The position numbers and the translations under genes were made by a program. DNA of 64,000 nucleotides, from assembly GCF_006345805.1 (NCBI RefSeq), contig NC_043001.1, positions 34,720,001 to 34,784,000 of the forward strand, written 5' to 3'. Positions within the stretch are counted from its first letter, which is position 1; every line of letters begins with the position of its first letter. Shown here one piece after another: positions 26,882 through 39,360 of this stretch. This DNA comes from Octopus sinensis. Taxonomy: Eukaryota. The notes beneath the pieces were generated by a model, which saw only the letters and a program-made list of their open reading frames with translations, was not told the DNA's origin and made no database searches.

Positions 26882-26931
26882 TTCGACTGAGGAGAGACAC
26901 GTATAAGATTGAAACACTATGCCGTCTCAAA
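26882..26931 (+). ncRNA. Type I hammerhead ribozyme motif, degenerate copy 2
   Basis: ttcga-CTGAGGA-(gagacacgtataagatt)-GAAAC-actatgcc-GTC-tcaaa. Confidence 0.6.
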
Positions 26932-27224
26932 CGTTGTGAACAGTCAGAGTCTAAGGTGAGGACATGACCTCTGATGACGAATTAAAAACTGTGATAGGCA
27001 TACACGTTCAAATATGTTAGAACTTATTCAAAATGAATAGATACGAATTACTTCGTATTCTTGCAGCTCTGTGTGCGCCTCGGGAATTGTTATTTACTGT
27101 AGAATATTCAACAATGAAAAAAAAAAAATCCAGAACAACAATTACGTCTGCAACAAAATAAACGAATGAACGAAACAATGACAGTTTCAGAGGCAACACT
27201 TTCATTGCCAAAATTATGTCTGTC

Positions 27225-27227
27225 TCC

Positions 27228-27322
<95 letters not shown>

Positions 27323-27334
27323 CATACCTATCTC

Positions 27335-27375
<41 letters not shown>

Positions 27376-27446
27376 TTATCTATCTATCTATCTGTCTGTC
27401 TGTTTGTCTGTCGGTCTGTCTGTTTGTCTGTCAGTCTGTCTGTTTG

Positions 27447-27521
<75 letters not shown>

Positions 27522-27570
27522 GTCTGTTTGTCTGCCTATCTGCCTGTTTGTCGATCTGTCTGTTTGTATA

Positions 27571-27629
<59 letters not shown>

Positions 27630-27640
27630 TTATCTATCTG
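27225..27640. repeat. (ATCT)n/(GTCT)n/(CT)n compound microsatellite
   Basis: Direct reading. It accounts for the LSIY ORFs. Confidence 0.95.
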
Positions 27641-28227
27641 TGTGCGTATGTGCCTGTGTTACGCACCAAAAAAATGTGGCGATATGGCATTGTTGCCATA
27701 GCCGCAGAAGCAGTAGCTTCGACATCAGCAACACCAATAGCAATAGCACCAATAACAACAAAAACTACTACTACTACTACTAACTACTACTACTACTACT
27801 ACTGCAATGCTGGTATAATTTTTAACACCGCATCAAAATCTATCAATTTCACTGATCGGAAAAAAAAAATGGAAAGAATCAGATGCCATAAAAACAGCAA
27901 AAGTTATTACGACAGCAGTACATCATTAGCAGGCAGGTAAACAAGTAAACATCGTTAAGTATCTTTAGATCAGCAACCATAAGAATAACATCCACAGTAA
28001 CTACATCATCATTGCAGTATCATTAAGCACTCCTACAGCATTACTAGCATGCATTTACAACAGTGTATGTAGTTGCTTCTCAAGTTAGGAACAACAGTTA
28101 ATCTTCCCTTAAATTACGCAAAATTATATCTTTAAATATTATATATATATATATATATATAGTTAATCCAAACAAGAAAACACGAAATAAAAACACAGCA
28201 ACGCGAGGACGTGGAGCAAATAAAGTA

Positions 28228-28300
28228 TTATTGGACGCTCAGGAAAGAAGGGAAGAAGGAGGGTTTAACGTTTCGAGCGGAGCTCTTCGTCGGAAACAAA
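28228..28300 (-). ncRNA. HHR-like motif (GAGC/GCTC family) in a PLE-type terminal repeat
   Basis: Minus strand: tttgttt-CCGACGA-A-GAGC-tcc-GCTC-GAAAC-gtt...agc-GTC-caataa. Confidence 0.55.
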
Positions 28301-28651
28301 GGAGAAGGAAAGATCCCGACATGGGAAGACAGAGGAAAAAAAATTACTGTATGTGTATATACATATACACATATACATATAAAATAAGGAGATGTTGTCA
28401 ACCACGTCATTCCATTTCTGGATATATAAATCTCTCATCTCCTTATCATTTATTTATTACTTCTTCTCTACCGACAACAGGAAGTCCCTATAGAGACATA
28501 TGGATTTACCGATGTGAAAATCTTCTGTGGATAGTAAAATAAACAAACTGGAGTTTTCCTACGCTCACTGAAGTTAGCCAGTATTAATAACCTGTAAAAA
28601 CTAATACGGTAACCGCTAGGACTGCATATCCCTACCAACCTAATTTGAAAA

Positions 28652-28705
<54 letters not shown>

Positions 28706-29173
28706 CCTTATCTTTATATTTTTTATATTTTTTTTTAATATTTTGTTACATTTTTATCATGTTTTTTTACTTTTATTTTTATTTCTATTTCTATTTTTAC
28801 TTTATAACCTTATGCCTTTACATTTATTTATATTTCTTTATATTTCTTTATATTCTTTATACCCCCTTTACATCTCCTTATATCTCTTTATATCTTTATG
28901 CTCTACATTTTTATATTTTTCTATACTTACACTTTTTATACATTTTTTATCCCTCGTCCTGAATTCTCGCCCCTCCATCTTCACGTATATACATGTATTT
29001 ATTTATTTACATTACTTCAACATCCATCTTTCCTCATCCTACATTGAGAGAAGAAAGAGATGGACGCTTCAATTCTATGCTGCTGCCGCATTATGTCGTA
29101 CGCGAATGGGAGGATTTGCATCCCTAACCAAGAATTTTTGATGTAACACATGTCCTTGTGGAAGCTGTTGTGC

Positions 29174-29251
29174 GCGGCTGAAGAAGGCCACAGACATACA
29201 TTATGCATTGTTATAAATCTGTCTAATAAAGGCCCGAAACATATGTACCGC
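29174..29251 (+). ncRNA. Type I hammerhead ribozyme, near-canonical
   Basis: GCGG-CTGAAGA-AGGCC...GGCCC-GAAAC-ATAT-GTA-CCGC. 4-bp G-C stem I, complete core, palindromic stem III ACATATGT, NUH triplet GUA. Confidence 0.75.
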
Positions 29252-29353
29252 TGAATCCTTCGCATCATGTTTTTATTTTGATCAATTTACTCCACCACCT
29301 ACACCACCAAACGGTATACACAGGTGCTTATAATTATCAAGTACTCACCCCGA

Positions 29354-29387
<34 letters not shown>

Positions 29388-30185
29388 TAATAGACACAAT
29401 ACATTTTTATGTGCTTGCTAATAGTTTCATTTGTTGAAAAATACCCCAAACATGTTCATCAGACACAAACTACATATTTTAACGAACTAAAATTGAATGA
29501 GAAAAGAAACGCGAAAATCAGAGAAGGAAGCATGCTAGTGCATGCATACACAGCTGCATGCGTGCGTACATACACGCGAGTACTGTCCAAATCTCCGATC
29601 AATCACATACAGCTAGCTGGCATTCAATTGGCGTATCAAATTTCGAGCATTTTGATTGGGTTTTGGATAGCAAATTCACAAAAGTGTCACTTCTATTGAT
29701 TGTTTAATGGCTTCGCGGGGTGACTGGGGAAATGTAAAGATGTGCACGACGACCCTTGGACGGTTTTGAATGACCATAGAAAGTGCGAGCCCTCTAACTG
29801 AAAAATTTTGAATTTGTATAAAGGACACGCACACACACACACACGCACACAGACAGACACTTTGACGTTTATATATATATACATATAAGTCCAGTAAAAT
29901 TTAGATTCTGTTGAATATGGTACTTAAGTTAAAGGCACCAGAATTTACTATGGTATTATCCATATGATTCAAAATGAGGTGATTATAGTCAAAATAAGCA
30001 AGAAGGAGATCCAGAGGTAATGCAGTACGATCGTTTCATGCTACTCCATTTAATTGAACACTGAAAATATTACATCAATTTTAAAATGTAGAGCAATCTT
30101 CATCTGCATAAAAATATAGAATTCGGAGACTGCGTGTGTATCGTTGGTGATTTTTTTTCTCCGTCTTCCCTTCTTTGGACATTTT

Positions 30186-30320
30186 CTATATTTCTGGCGA
30201 AGAGCTCTGCTCAAAGCGTGAAATCCTCTTTCTTTTCTTTCCTTTCCTTTCCTGAGCGTCCAATAACACTTTACTTATTGCACGTCCTCGCGTTGTTGTT
30301 TCTTCTTGCTTGTTCATGTT
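30186..30320 (+). mobile_element. Degenerate copy of the HHR-bearing terminal repeat
   Basis: ctggcgaagagctctgctcaaagcg...cctgagcgtccaataacac...cacgtcctcgcgttg, homologous to 28200-28300. Confidence 0.6.
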
Positions 30321-30414
30321 TGGATTGACTATATATATAGTGGTTGACACCATGTCACTACTGCACTGTTCCAATTGTCTCACCCATCCGTATAGAGTAG
30401 GATCTATATACTTC

Positions 30415-30665
30415 AATAATCATTTAAAATCATGCCGGAAAATCTGAGAGATACATATTGAGTGGTGGAAGTTGCTTTCAAGACAAAACTTGATATTCAA
30501 ATCTCCATGACCCCAGATGAACCTTCATCATGGAAAGAAGCTCAAAAAAGTGGAGAAATATCCTTTCACCAAAAGCCAATTACAAGACAACGACCATTGA
30601 AAAGATGATATACTGGCGGTACCCCAGCATGGGCAAAGCTTTTGAGCTAAAGTGCATAAAAGAAT
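30415..30665 (+). mobile_element. CR1/L2-group LINE extreme 3' end
   Basis: FKIMPENLRD..AFKTKLDIQISMTPDEP followed by the tail ggcggtaccccagcatgg. Confidence 0.55.
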
Positions 30666-32369
30666 GAAATTTGAAACGAATATATACTAGAAACTGTAAG
30701 ACACTCTAGCTGCGCGCATGACGCCGCTCATCGTTTGTCTGTTTTATCGCGGTGTATCTGAGTTTAAAAGTTAAGCGCGCCATTATTATGATCAAATAGT
30801 CAACTCCTAGAGATGTGAAGGGATGTTGTTGCTATTTTTGTTATCTTTGATATCGATCCAATGATGTGGCATTAAAATGGTTGCTATCCTGACATTTCTC
30901 GATTGGTAATCTTTAGATGTTGTTGACAAGTAAATGACTCGATTCCAAAGTTGAAAAACCAGGGGAGTTTAAAAATAGAAAGATGGTGAGGGAGTGAGAA
31001 TTCCACAAAAGAAAAAAAAACGTTAAAGAGTGGGTGTGTGTGTAAGAGAGTGAGAGAGGGGGCGAATTTGAAGAAATGGTAGAGAATTAGGAGAAGAAAA
31101 CTCTTGTGTTCTAATAATCATGTAAGGAGATGAAGGGAGAGGTAGGCATTAAAAAGATAGAAGGAAACAGAGAAAAGGGAAGAGAAAATGGGTGCTGGGA
31201 AAAATAGAGGAATTGGAGAAGAAAATAATAAAATAAGAAGGGGAAAGGAAAACATGAATGTGATACGGAAAAAAAGTATTGAAGTGAGAGTGGTAGATAT
31301 AACTGAAATTAAATTTCATCAAAGAGAAAGAATGATAGGAAACGAGAAAAATAGTAAAAAAAATTATGCAAAGGAGGGGGAGAGAAGAGACGCTAGAAAT
31401 AAAAGGAGAAAGAAAGAATAGCAAGGAAGAGAGAATAGCTAGGAAAAGGAAATGGAAAAGAATGAAAATTTAAAGAAGAGGACAAAATATTTTGAAAGAA
31501 AATTAAAATAAAATTCACGGAAAAAAGTAACGTTATCATGTATAGAGCACTCTTGAAGCAATATTAAGAGTTGAAAGTAGAATCATCGTCCAGGGTTCAA
31601 GCACTCACGAAATGCTAAATTCGAAGTTATCAGCGAAAGAAATCGGCATCACTACAATCTCTCTCTCTCGCTATTTCTCTTTCACTTTCTCCTCAATACA
31701 CATGCACACGCGCGCGCACACACATTGTTTATCTCTCTCATTGTTTGTCTCTATGTCTCTGTCTCTCTTTCTTTGTCACTTAGAGACGAAGGATAAAGAA
31801 CCGAAATATTACTTTATTTCTCACTTAAAATAAACGTATCGAACTCTTCTACAATTTTATGTAGCTAAGAGTACAATTTCTCTTTAGAGTGTAAATCAGC
31901 CTCCTAATACATGATATATATAAGTGAAGCTGGATATATTATCCGGGTGAATACCATATTAGCTCCCAGATAACTTCCAGTTAACGGCTAACCACAACGA
32001 TTAGCACCAAACATCTAAATATAGTCAGAGACGTTAGTAGTTGTTAGTCACTTCGTGAATTCTTCCGATCGGTAATTCCGTGTTCTCTTCGCTGAACAGT
32101 AACAATTGTCTGGACTGTATATTAATATTAATAATAATAAAGAGTATAGAGACTTGTACATCAACAATATTTATTTTATAGTTATATACAGCATATTATA
32201 ATGACTTACTACTCGAGTTTCCGCTGTAGCGACTACGCACTGTTGCAAATGCAACCTTGCAATATTGTCGGTCATTTTAATATATACTATATATAGCTAT
32301 AAAATATACTTTGTGAATGATCAAGTCTTCATACTCTTTATCATCATATTTATTATTATTTTTGATGGA

Positions 32370-32840
32370 GCTGCAGTTACGGGTGAAGAAAAGACCTAGA
32401 CTAGGCGCCTTGCTCTTAGAATGTCATCAGGCGTTCATAATACTCTACCAGTCGGGCAATGGGATCGGTGGATGTTCCACTGTAGAAATGTATAGAGGAT
32501 TACTGGCTGGGAAGTGCAAAAACGTTCACGGGAAGATTCTGGGCGCCGACGAGAATGAACAGGTTAGTGTGTTCCAGAGGACTTTCCGGTCGGGAACTAA
32601 CATGGAGAATTTCCAGATGTCTTTGGCCTGGCAGTGCCACCGGGGGAGGGGTCGCTACCAGTTCTAGATAACTCTACAGACACATATGTGCTGTCAGACA
32701 GGCTTGTCAGAGGTACGCGCAGTGTGGCGAAACCGTTCTGCACATCCTCGTTCATTGTCCATGCATTGCTGACTTGCGGAGTTATGTCGGATGGATCAGT
32801 CTGTCGGTTGAGTCTGTAGAAATGATCGCATCACTGCCCT
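32370..32840 (+). mobile_element. L1/Tx1-clade LINE ORF2 C-terminal fragment
   Basis: YRGLL..LGADE..FQRTF..MENFQMSLAWQC.RG, (S)LPVLD.LYRH, then CQRY..CGETVLHILVHCP (a decayed Cx2Cx8Hx4C knuckle). Confidence 0.75.
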
Positions 32841-33862
32841 TCATGAACCGGACAGGCACAGTAGCTTTCCTTTGGTGGTTGTGGCGAAAGAGGCTGTTTG
32901 GTGGGCTAAGCTAAAAGTCACAAAGATAGATACATTCCTCTTTGGCAGAGATCTTTTCGTATTCTTTGGCAGAGATCTTTTCGTATTCTTTGGCAGAGAT
33001 CTTTTTGCATTCTTTCCTTGAGACATTTTGATCTTGAGGAACAAACGTATCTATTAACTGAGAAGGTCCTCTGTTGTAGTTCTTGATCACAATGTCTGGT
33101 GGATTGGAGTAAATTTTTCTGTCTGTTTGTATTGGGAAGTTCCAAACGATGGTGACGCCCTCGCCATTTACTACATCCTCTGGATGGTGCCTGTACCACT
33201 GACCATGGGTTTTAATTTTGTAATACTTACAAGTACATTCCAGTGGATGTACTGCCCTAGTCTGTCATGTCTGGTGAGGTACTTCTTTTCAGCGAGGACT
33301 GGACAGCCAGAAACAGCACGATCATTTATCTCCATGAACTTTCCGCAAATTCTGCCCGAGGGGTCCGTTCCGTCTTTAAGGATGCTTTGCATGGTATTTT
33401 CTTGTAGGTTAGCTTTGATCTTGTGCTGCAATAATAAAACCTTCTGTTTCTCCTTTCAGACCTTTCCCTTTCCTTGTAGCCATTGATGTGTTAGCTTTTG
33501 ATAAATATCTGGCCTGGACAGGCGGTTAGGATATTTTCCGTACGGAAGTCTGCCTTTCCAGTTTCTTCGATATTATTCATGCAAGCCTTCTTTGCTTTTT
33601 CTTACATGTTTTTGCGTCGGTGATAGGTTTGTCACTATTTCGATCTCGTAGGTCTTTCTGATTATTAATTTCTAAATCAGGAGAAGCAATGGTAGGTCTG
33701 TCAGTATTTGGATGTCTTTGGTCATTCTTATTGTAAACTTGTAGGCCAAGAGACATTTCAAATTTCTGACTAAGATTCATGATTGAAGCTTGCTTGGAAT
33801 CTTCATGCATCAGAGCAATTCGTAAGAGCACATCACTTGCATTAAGGTACGCTTCAAGGCCT
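32841..33862 (-). mobile_element. R4/Dong-type RLE non-LTR retrotransposon fragment
   Basis: GLKGETEGFIIAAQDQS, knuckle remnant RICGKF...AVSGCPVLAEKKYLTRHDRLGQYIHW, and an RLE region. The 5' break abuts (AAT)n, the known target type of Dong elements. Confidence 0.85.
32941..33012. repeat. 24-bp unit x3 inside the RLE coding region
   Basis: tttggcagagatcttttcgtattc at 32941 and 32965, and a variant at 32989. Confidence 0.95.
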
Positions 33863-33899
33863 ATTATTATTATCATTACTATTATTATTATTATTATTA

Positions 33900-33944
<45 letters not shown>

Positions 33945-33985
33945 CATCATCATCATCATCATCATCATCATTGTTGTTATTACTA
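33863..33985. repeat. (ATT)n/(ATC)n microsatellite
   Basis: Direct reading. Confidence 0.95.
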
Positions 33986-34360
33986 TTATATGCATATAAA
34001 TTAGTCGATGGATTCTCTCGAAGTTGCTCTACCCATAAGAATTGGAAGCTAAATTTTAAAATCATACCTATCGCACCTTTTCTTAGGTATACTATAAGTG
34101 AAATAAAAAGAATAAACCCACACGGTACTTATGATTATTTGCCCCTTCGATTAGGATCCCCTAGATTCTGAACTACAAAAATACCATAGTTACTACTTAG
34201 TCGACTGGTAGTAGTCCAGATTTTATCAGTGGTCACATGCACCAATATTCAAAACACTATGAGTCATTTCACCGACTTTACTTTCGATGAATGTGGAGAA
34301 AGAAAATGAATTTAAACAGAATTTGACTACTGACTATTCGAAGAACAAAACAAATATTCG

Positions 34361-34563
34361 TTTCTACTCTAGGGACGAAATTTTGGGAAAAGAGCCAGTC
34401 GATTAGATCGACTCCAGTACGCAACTGCTACTTAATTTATCGACTCCCAAAAGGATGGAAGGCAAAGTCGACTTCGGCAGAATTTGAAGTCAGAAAGTAA
34501 AGACGGACGAAATACTGCTAAACATTTCGCCCGGCGTGCTAACGATTCTGCCAGCTCGCCGCC
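34361..34563 (-). mobile_element. SINE family A with alternative 3' tail
   Basis: Family A head and body. The tail ends ...ctagagtagaaa, as in array units at 60843 and 61689. Confidence 0.8.
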
Positions 34564-35509
34564 TTATGAAAGCTTACTATTGAACTGGTATTAGTAAACA
34601 CAAGCTAAAGGGGTAGTTGTGCAGGAGCTCTGTTTGCTAGAAATATCAGCCGAGTCTTCCTCAAATTACCGCCTATAGTCTCACATGAAAATGAATGGAT
34701 ATATTAGATAACATATTCTTTGGCATACAATCTGATATAACTATTGTAATGCACTTCATTTCATCATTTCTAAAGATTTCTACTAATTTATTGAAAGGAG
34801 AATGAACAAAGTAAGGAAAAATAAGAGAAAATACTACAAGAATAACATGGTCTACATAACAAATTGAGCAACAACAATAACAACAACAACAACAAGTAAA
34901 AGACTAAAATTCAGAGCGGAAAGATTTTAAAAATAAGAGCGGAAATGCGAAGAATCATGTAAAAGAAAAGACTGAATGGATTAGTAACCAGCGAGAAAGA
35001 CTACTTTTGGAATGTTCCTTCCTTTTCTAGTTAGTAGGCAATTAAATATTCGTGTGTTTTGAAAGAACTGTTGATGAGATTGATGATTTTTTTTACTAGG
35101 AATTTGTTTAAGGATTGACTCAGAAGTATTTAAAAAAGGAATCCAAAAGCGAAAGCAAAACAAAAAACGATTTAAATACATCGAATAAATGCCGCGAGAT
35201 TAGTTATTTGATAAAAGTTAACTAGAATCGCCCAATTGACTTTCATTATTTTACAGGCAACACACGCACTCATACGCACGCTCTTATTTACTCCCTTTCT
35301 CCCTCCTACTATCTCTCTCTCTCTCTCTCTCACTCTCTCTCTCCCTGTTCCATGCTCTTTTTATGAACCTTCGATCAATATAAAAAGCGGATTAATTTTC
35401 TCAGAATCCTTTCCATTTTGTGTTTTGTATTTTCCTTCTTTACTCTCATATTTACGCTTTCATTCCTGCACTCTTCCCTTTATTTCAGACTCTGCGTGTA
35501 GATATGTGT

Positions 35510-35625
35510 GTGTGTGTGTGTGTATGAATGTGTATCTATGTAGCATGCGCACATAGATAATTAATGTATGTATATGTGTGTGTGTGTGTATATATGTATA
35601 CACATATATATATACACATATATAT

Positions 35626-35671
<46 letters not shown>

Positions 35672-35885
35672 ATGCATACATATATATGTGCATATATATA
35701 TATACATACACATATACATACATACGTATATATATAAACATATATAAACACACATATTTGTGTGCATACATATAAACAGTTATATATACATATATATATA
35801 TACATGCATACATAAATACATATATACGTTGCTCATCCTTTCATCATCTTAGTCTCTTAATTCCACTTCCTCTCTAATTATCTAA

Positions 35886-35966
<81 letters not shown>

Positions 35967-35970
35967 CATC
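35510..35970. repeat. (AT)/(AC)/(ATCT) microsatellite block
   Basis: Direct reading. Confidence 0.9.
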
Positions 35971-36390
35971 CATCTTACTTTTGTCTTAATCACAGAGGAA
36001 CTCGCACAAACAACACCTCCCTCTTGCGTCCTCAGTAATCCAAAATAATATGAGGGTTGATTTATATTTACCGAAGTTTATTCTATGAATTTTAAGCTCG
36101 TTAGAACTTCAGAAAATTTTGCCTACAACTAGAGAAATGATATTCATATGTAAGCATGAACAAAAAAAAAAAACAGAATCATCACAACCACAAACAAGAT
36201 GATGATGATGATGATGATGTTGATGATCATCATCATCATTAACATCATCATCAATATACATATTTCACTTACGTATATACATATGCATATGCACACACAC
36301 ACACATCACACACATATACCTACGTATATATAAATATACATAAATATAAATATATATATATATATACATGCAAATATATACATGTATATT

Positions 36391-36438
<48 letters not shown>

Positions 36439-37056
36439 AACAAAAGTATTATTGTTATTCATCCAAGTAAGTTCAAATGTAGAAGAAATGATGTTGGTGT
36501 TGACAGACCCCTATATCTACATATCTATTACTCTGTCTTCCTATGTATATATATATATATATGGGAGAGCGTCTATGTCCGTATGCATATGTGGTGACAT
36601 ACATATAATTCCGACACAGATACCCATTTATATTCAAGCATAATGAATGAATACTCAGCAAATATATATGAAATTATGCGAAATATAGAGTGAATAGTGA
36701 AAATTCTGTATAGCGACTCTAACTGGATCTTATACATAAATACACACAGAGAAACAAAAACACATATTTACACCTACATATACACATATAAGTATACACG
36801 TATATATAAGTACATGCAAACACGCACATATACTAAAATAAACACATACTCTCACGCATGTACACGCGTGCACACACACACACACGTGTGTCTACACTTA
36901 CATATATATACTCGTACAGATATACACACGTATATAAATACACATAGACGCACATATACATTCACATGCGTGCACACTTACGCATTTATTCACACGCACA
37001 CACAAACACACACACACACACACACACATACACACACATACACACACACACACACA

Positions 37057-37096
<40 letters not shown>

Positions 37097-37104
37097 TCTT
37101 TTTT

Positions 37105-37287
37105 TCTTTTTCTTTTTTGTACTTGTTTCAGTCATTTGACTGCGGCCATGCTGGAGCACCGCCTTTAGAGTGGTGAAAGAGTACAGCAGGGATCACCACC
37201 ACCCCTGCCGGAGCCTCGTGGAGCTTTTAGGTGTTTTCGCTAATAAACACACACAACGCCCGGTCTGGAATCGAAACGCGATCCCCG
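37105..37287 (-). mobile_element. Family B tail fused to a family C head fragment
   Basis: ttgtttcagtcatttgactgcggcc...gcctttagagtggtgaaagagtacagcaggg...cggtctggaatcgaaac. Confidence 0.7.
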
Positions 37288-37318
37288 ATATATATATATA
37301 TATATATCCTCCGATATA

Positions 37319-37356
<38 letters not shown>

Positions 37357-37554
37357 TATATATATCGTTAAGGTGTGTGACTATATTATATTTTTCTCTT
37401 CGATTCTCTCTGTCATTTTTCTGTGTGGCAATTATCATTTTGATCAAATGATTCACAGTTTGTTTCTTGTAATTTTCCATTTAACACCCCTGAATAATAA
37501 TTTTCTGTCTTTGTTCATTTCTTTTTCCTTGCTCACTCGTCTACAATCTCGAGG

Positions 37555-37557
37555 TTC

Positions 37558-37595
<38 letters not shown>

Positions 37596-37635
37596 TATAT
37601 ATATATATATATATATATAGATTATATAGATATAT

Positions 37636-37703
<68 letters not shown>

Positions 37704-37798
37704 TTTATATATATATAAATTCTATATATATTATATATATATATATATAATATGTATATATATATATATATAGATGTATGTATGTATGTATGATAGAG

Positions 37799-37882
<84 letters not shown>

Positions 37883-37890
37883 AGAGAGTA
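37555..37890. repeat. (AT)n plus (AG)n microsatellite
   Basis: Direct reading. Confidence 0.95.
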
Positions 37891-38380
37891 AGTTTGAAGT
37901 GATGAATATATTGTATATTTAGAATAATGAGGTAGTCAGAATGTTGGATGATTATATATATTTTTATTTACATTTTATTTACACTTTGAGCGCTGTCTTC
38001 CGTTATCGGATTTATCAAAAAGTGGTTTAAAGTTAGATTTCTTGGCCTTTTTGTAAATAAAGAATTGTGGGGTTTGCCAAGCAATGTGAAAGAAAGTTGA
38101 CCAAAAGTTTGAGTAGGGGGAGGTAAAGAGCCGTGGCTTTTGTATTGGTATGGTTAGACTTTAATTAGAAGTCAATACTCATTGGTCTCATCAGTAGGAA
38201 AGGAAAAGAGTTTTTGTACCTGAAGTTGTCAAGATCTTTACTGGAAAAACCAGATGTTGTTTTTGACTTTCTTCAGTAAAAATTATTATTACGTTCCCAA
38301 GTCATACAATATATATATAAACATTACGTTTTGTTTGAAATAATTCTGCATCAGTCATTGTCTATATGTATTCACACAAG

Positions 38381-38420
<40 letters not shown>

Positions 38421-38432
38421 ACACACACACGC

Positions 38433-38507
<75 letters not shown>

Positions 38508-38824
38508 TAATATACAGACGAATCTTGTATACTAAGCCAGAAATTTCTTGTTATATATATATAAACAAGCAATTTCTGGCTTGGCGTCCACTTAACATAC
38601 AAGATTCGTCTGTAAGCCGTGGCGATGCCAGCTAAATAATGAGAAAGAGAATTCTTATAGAAAACTTTGAGCTATGTTGTTTGAGTTTGTGGTATGGCAA
38701 ACAGTTTGTAGCAAATGTCTGCAATCAGCATTTCGAAAAATGTATGGGCGATTTTACACAAGACTTCACTATGAAAAGCAAGTAATCTGTGAGGGAAATC
38801 TAACAGTTATAATATTGAATACAA

Positions 38825-39024
38825 ATTTTGGCTCAAGGCCAGAGGTTTTGGGAAGGCTCCAAGTCGGTTACATCGACCCCAGTAATTAACTGGTACCTGT
38901 TTTATTGACCCCGAGAAGATCAACGGCAAGGTAAATCTCGGCAAAAGTTGAATTCAGAACGTAGAAATGGAAGAAATGATATACATAATGCCCGACGTGG
39001 CAACGATTCTGCCAGTTCGCCACC
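38825..39024 (-). mobile_element. SINE family A, diverged
   Basis: catcgaccccagt...ttgaattcagaacgta...gattctgccagttcgccacc. Confidence 0.75.
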
Positions 39025-39047
39025 TTTCTAACGGCTATATTGGCTGT

Positions 39048-39360
39048 TGTTGTTGTTTTCTTTGTTCCTTCTCGAGCCACGCCTGGCTCATAATGGGCCG
39101 GTTTCCCGGTTTCCTTGGCGTATAGGTTCCCCACCTTGACGGGACGCCGGTCCGTCGCAGGTGAGCTGCAAGATGCAGGAGGCAAGACTGAGAGAAAGTT
39201 GTGGCGAAAGAGTCAGCAGTAGCTCGCCATTACCTTCTGCCGGAGCCGCGTAGAGCTTAGGTGTTTCGCTCATAAACACACATCGCCCGGTCTGAGATTC
39301 GAACCTGCGATCCCTCGACTGCGAGTCCGCTGCTCTAACCACTAGGCCATGTGCCTGCAC
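39048..39360 (-). mobile_element. SINE family C variant with (CAA)n tail
   Basis: tRNA head at 39360. TSD atattggctgt near 39037-39047 and 39361-39371. Confidence 0.85.

Noticed and set aside
27166-27940. LSIY-repeat ORFs (also at 13053, 44589 and 49775)
   Set aside because: Translations of the (ATCT)n microsatellite.
37980-38330. Possible PLE end with an HHR-like motif (ccgataacgg...cgctcaaaag, minus strand)
   Set aside because: Both core halves are mutated and there is no clear peptide motif, so support is insufficient.
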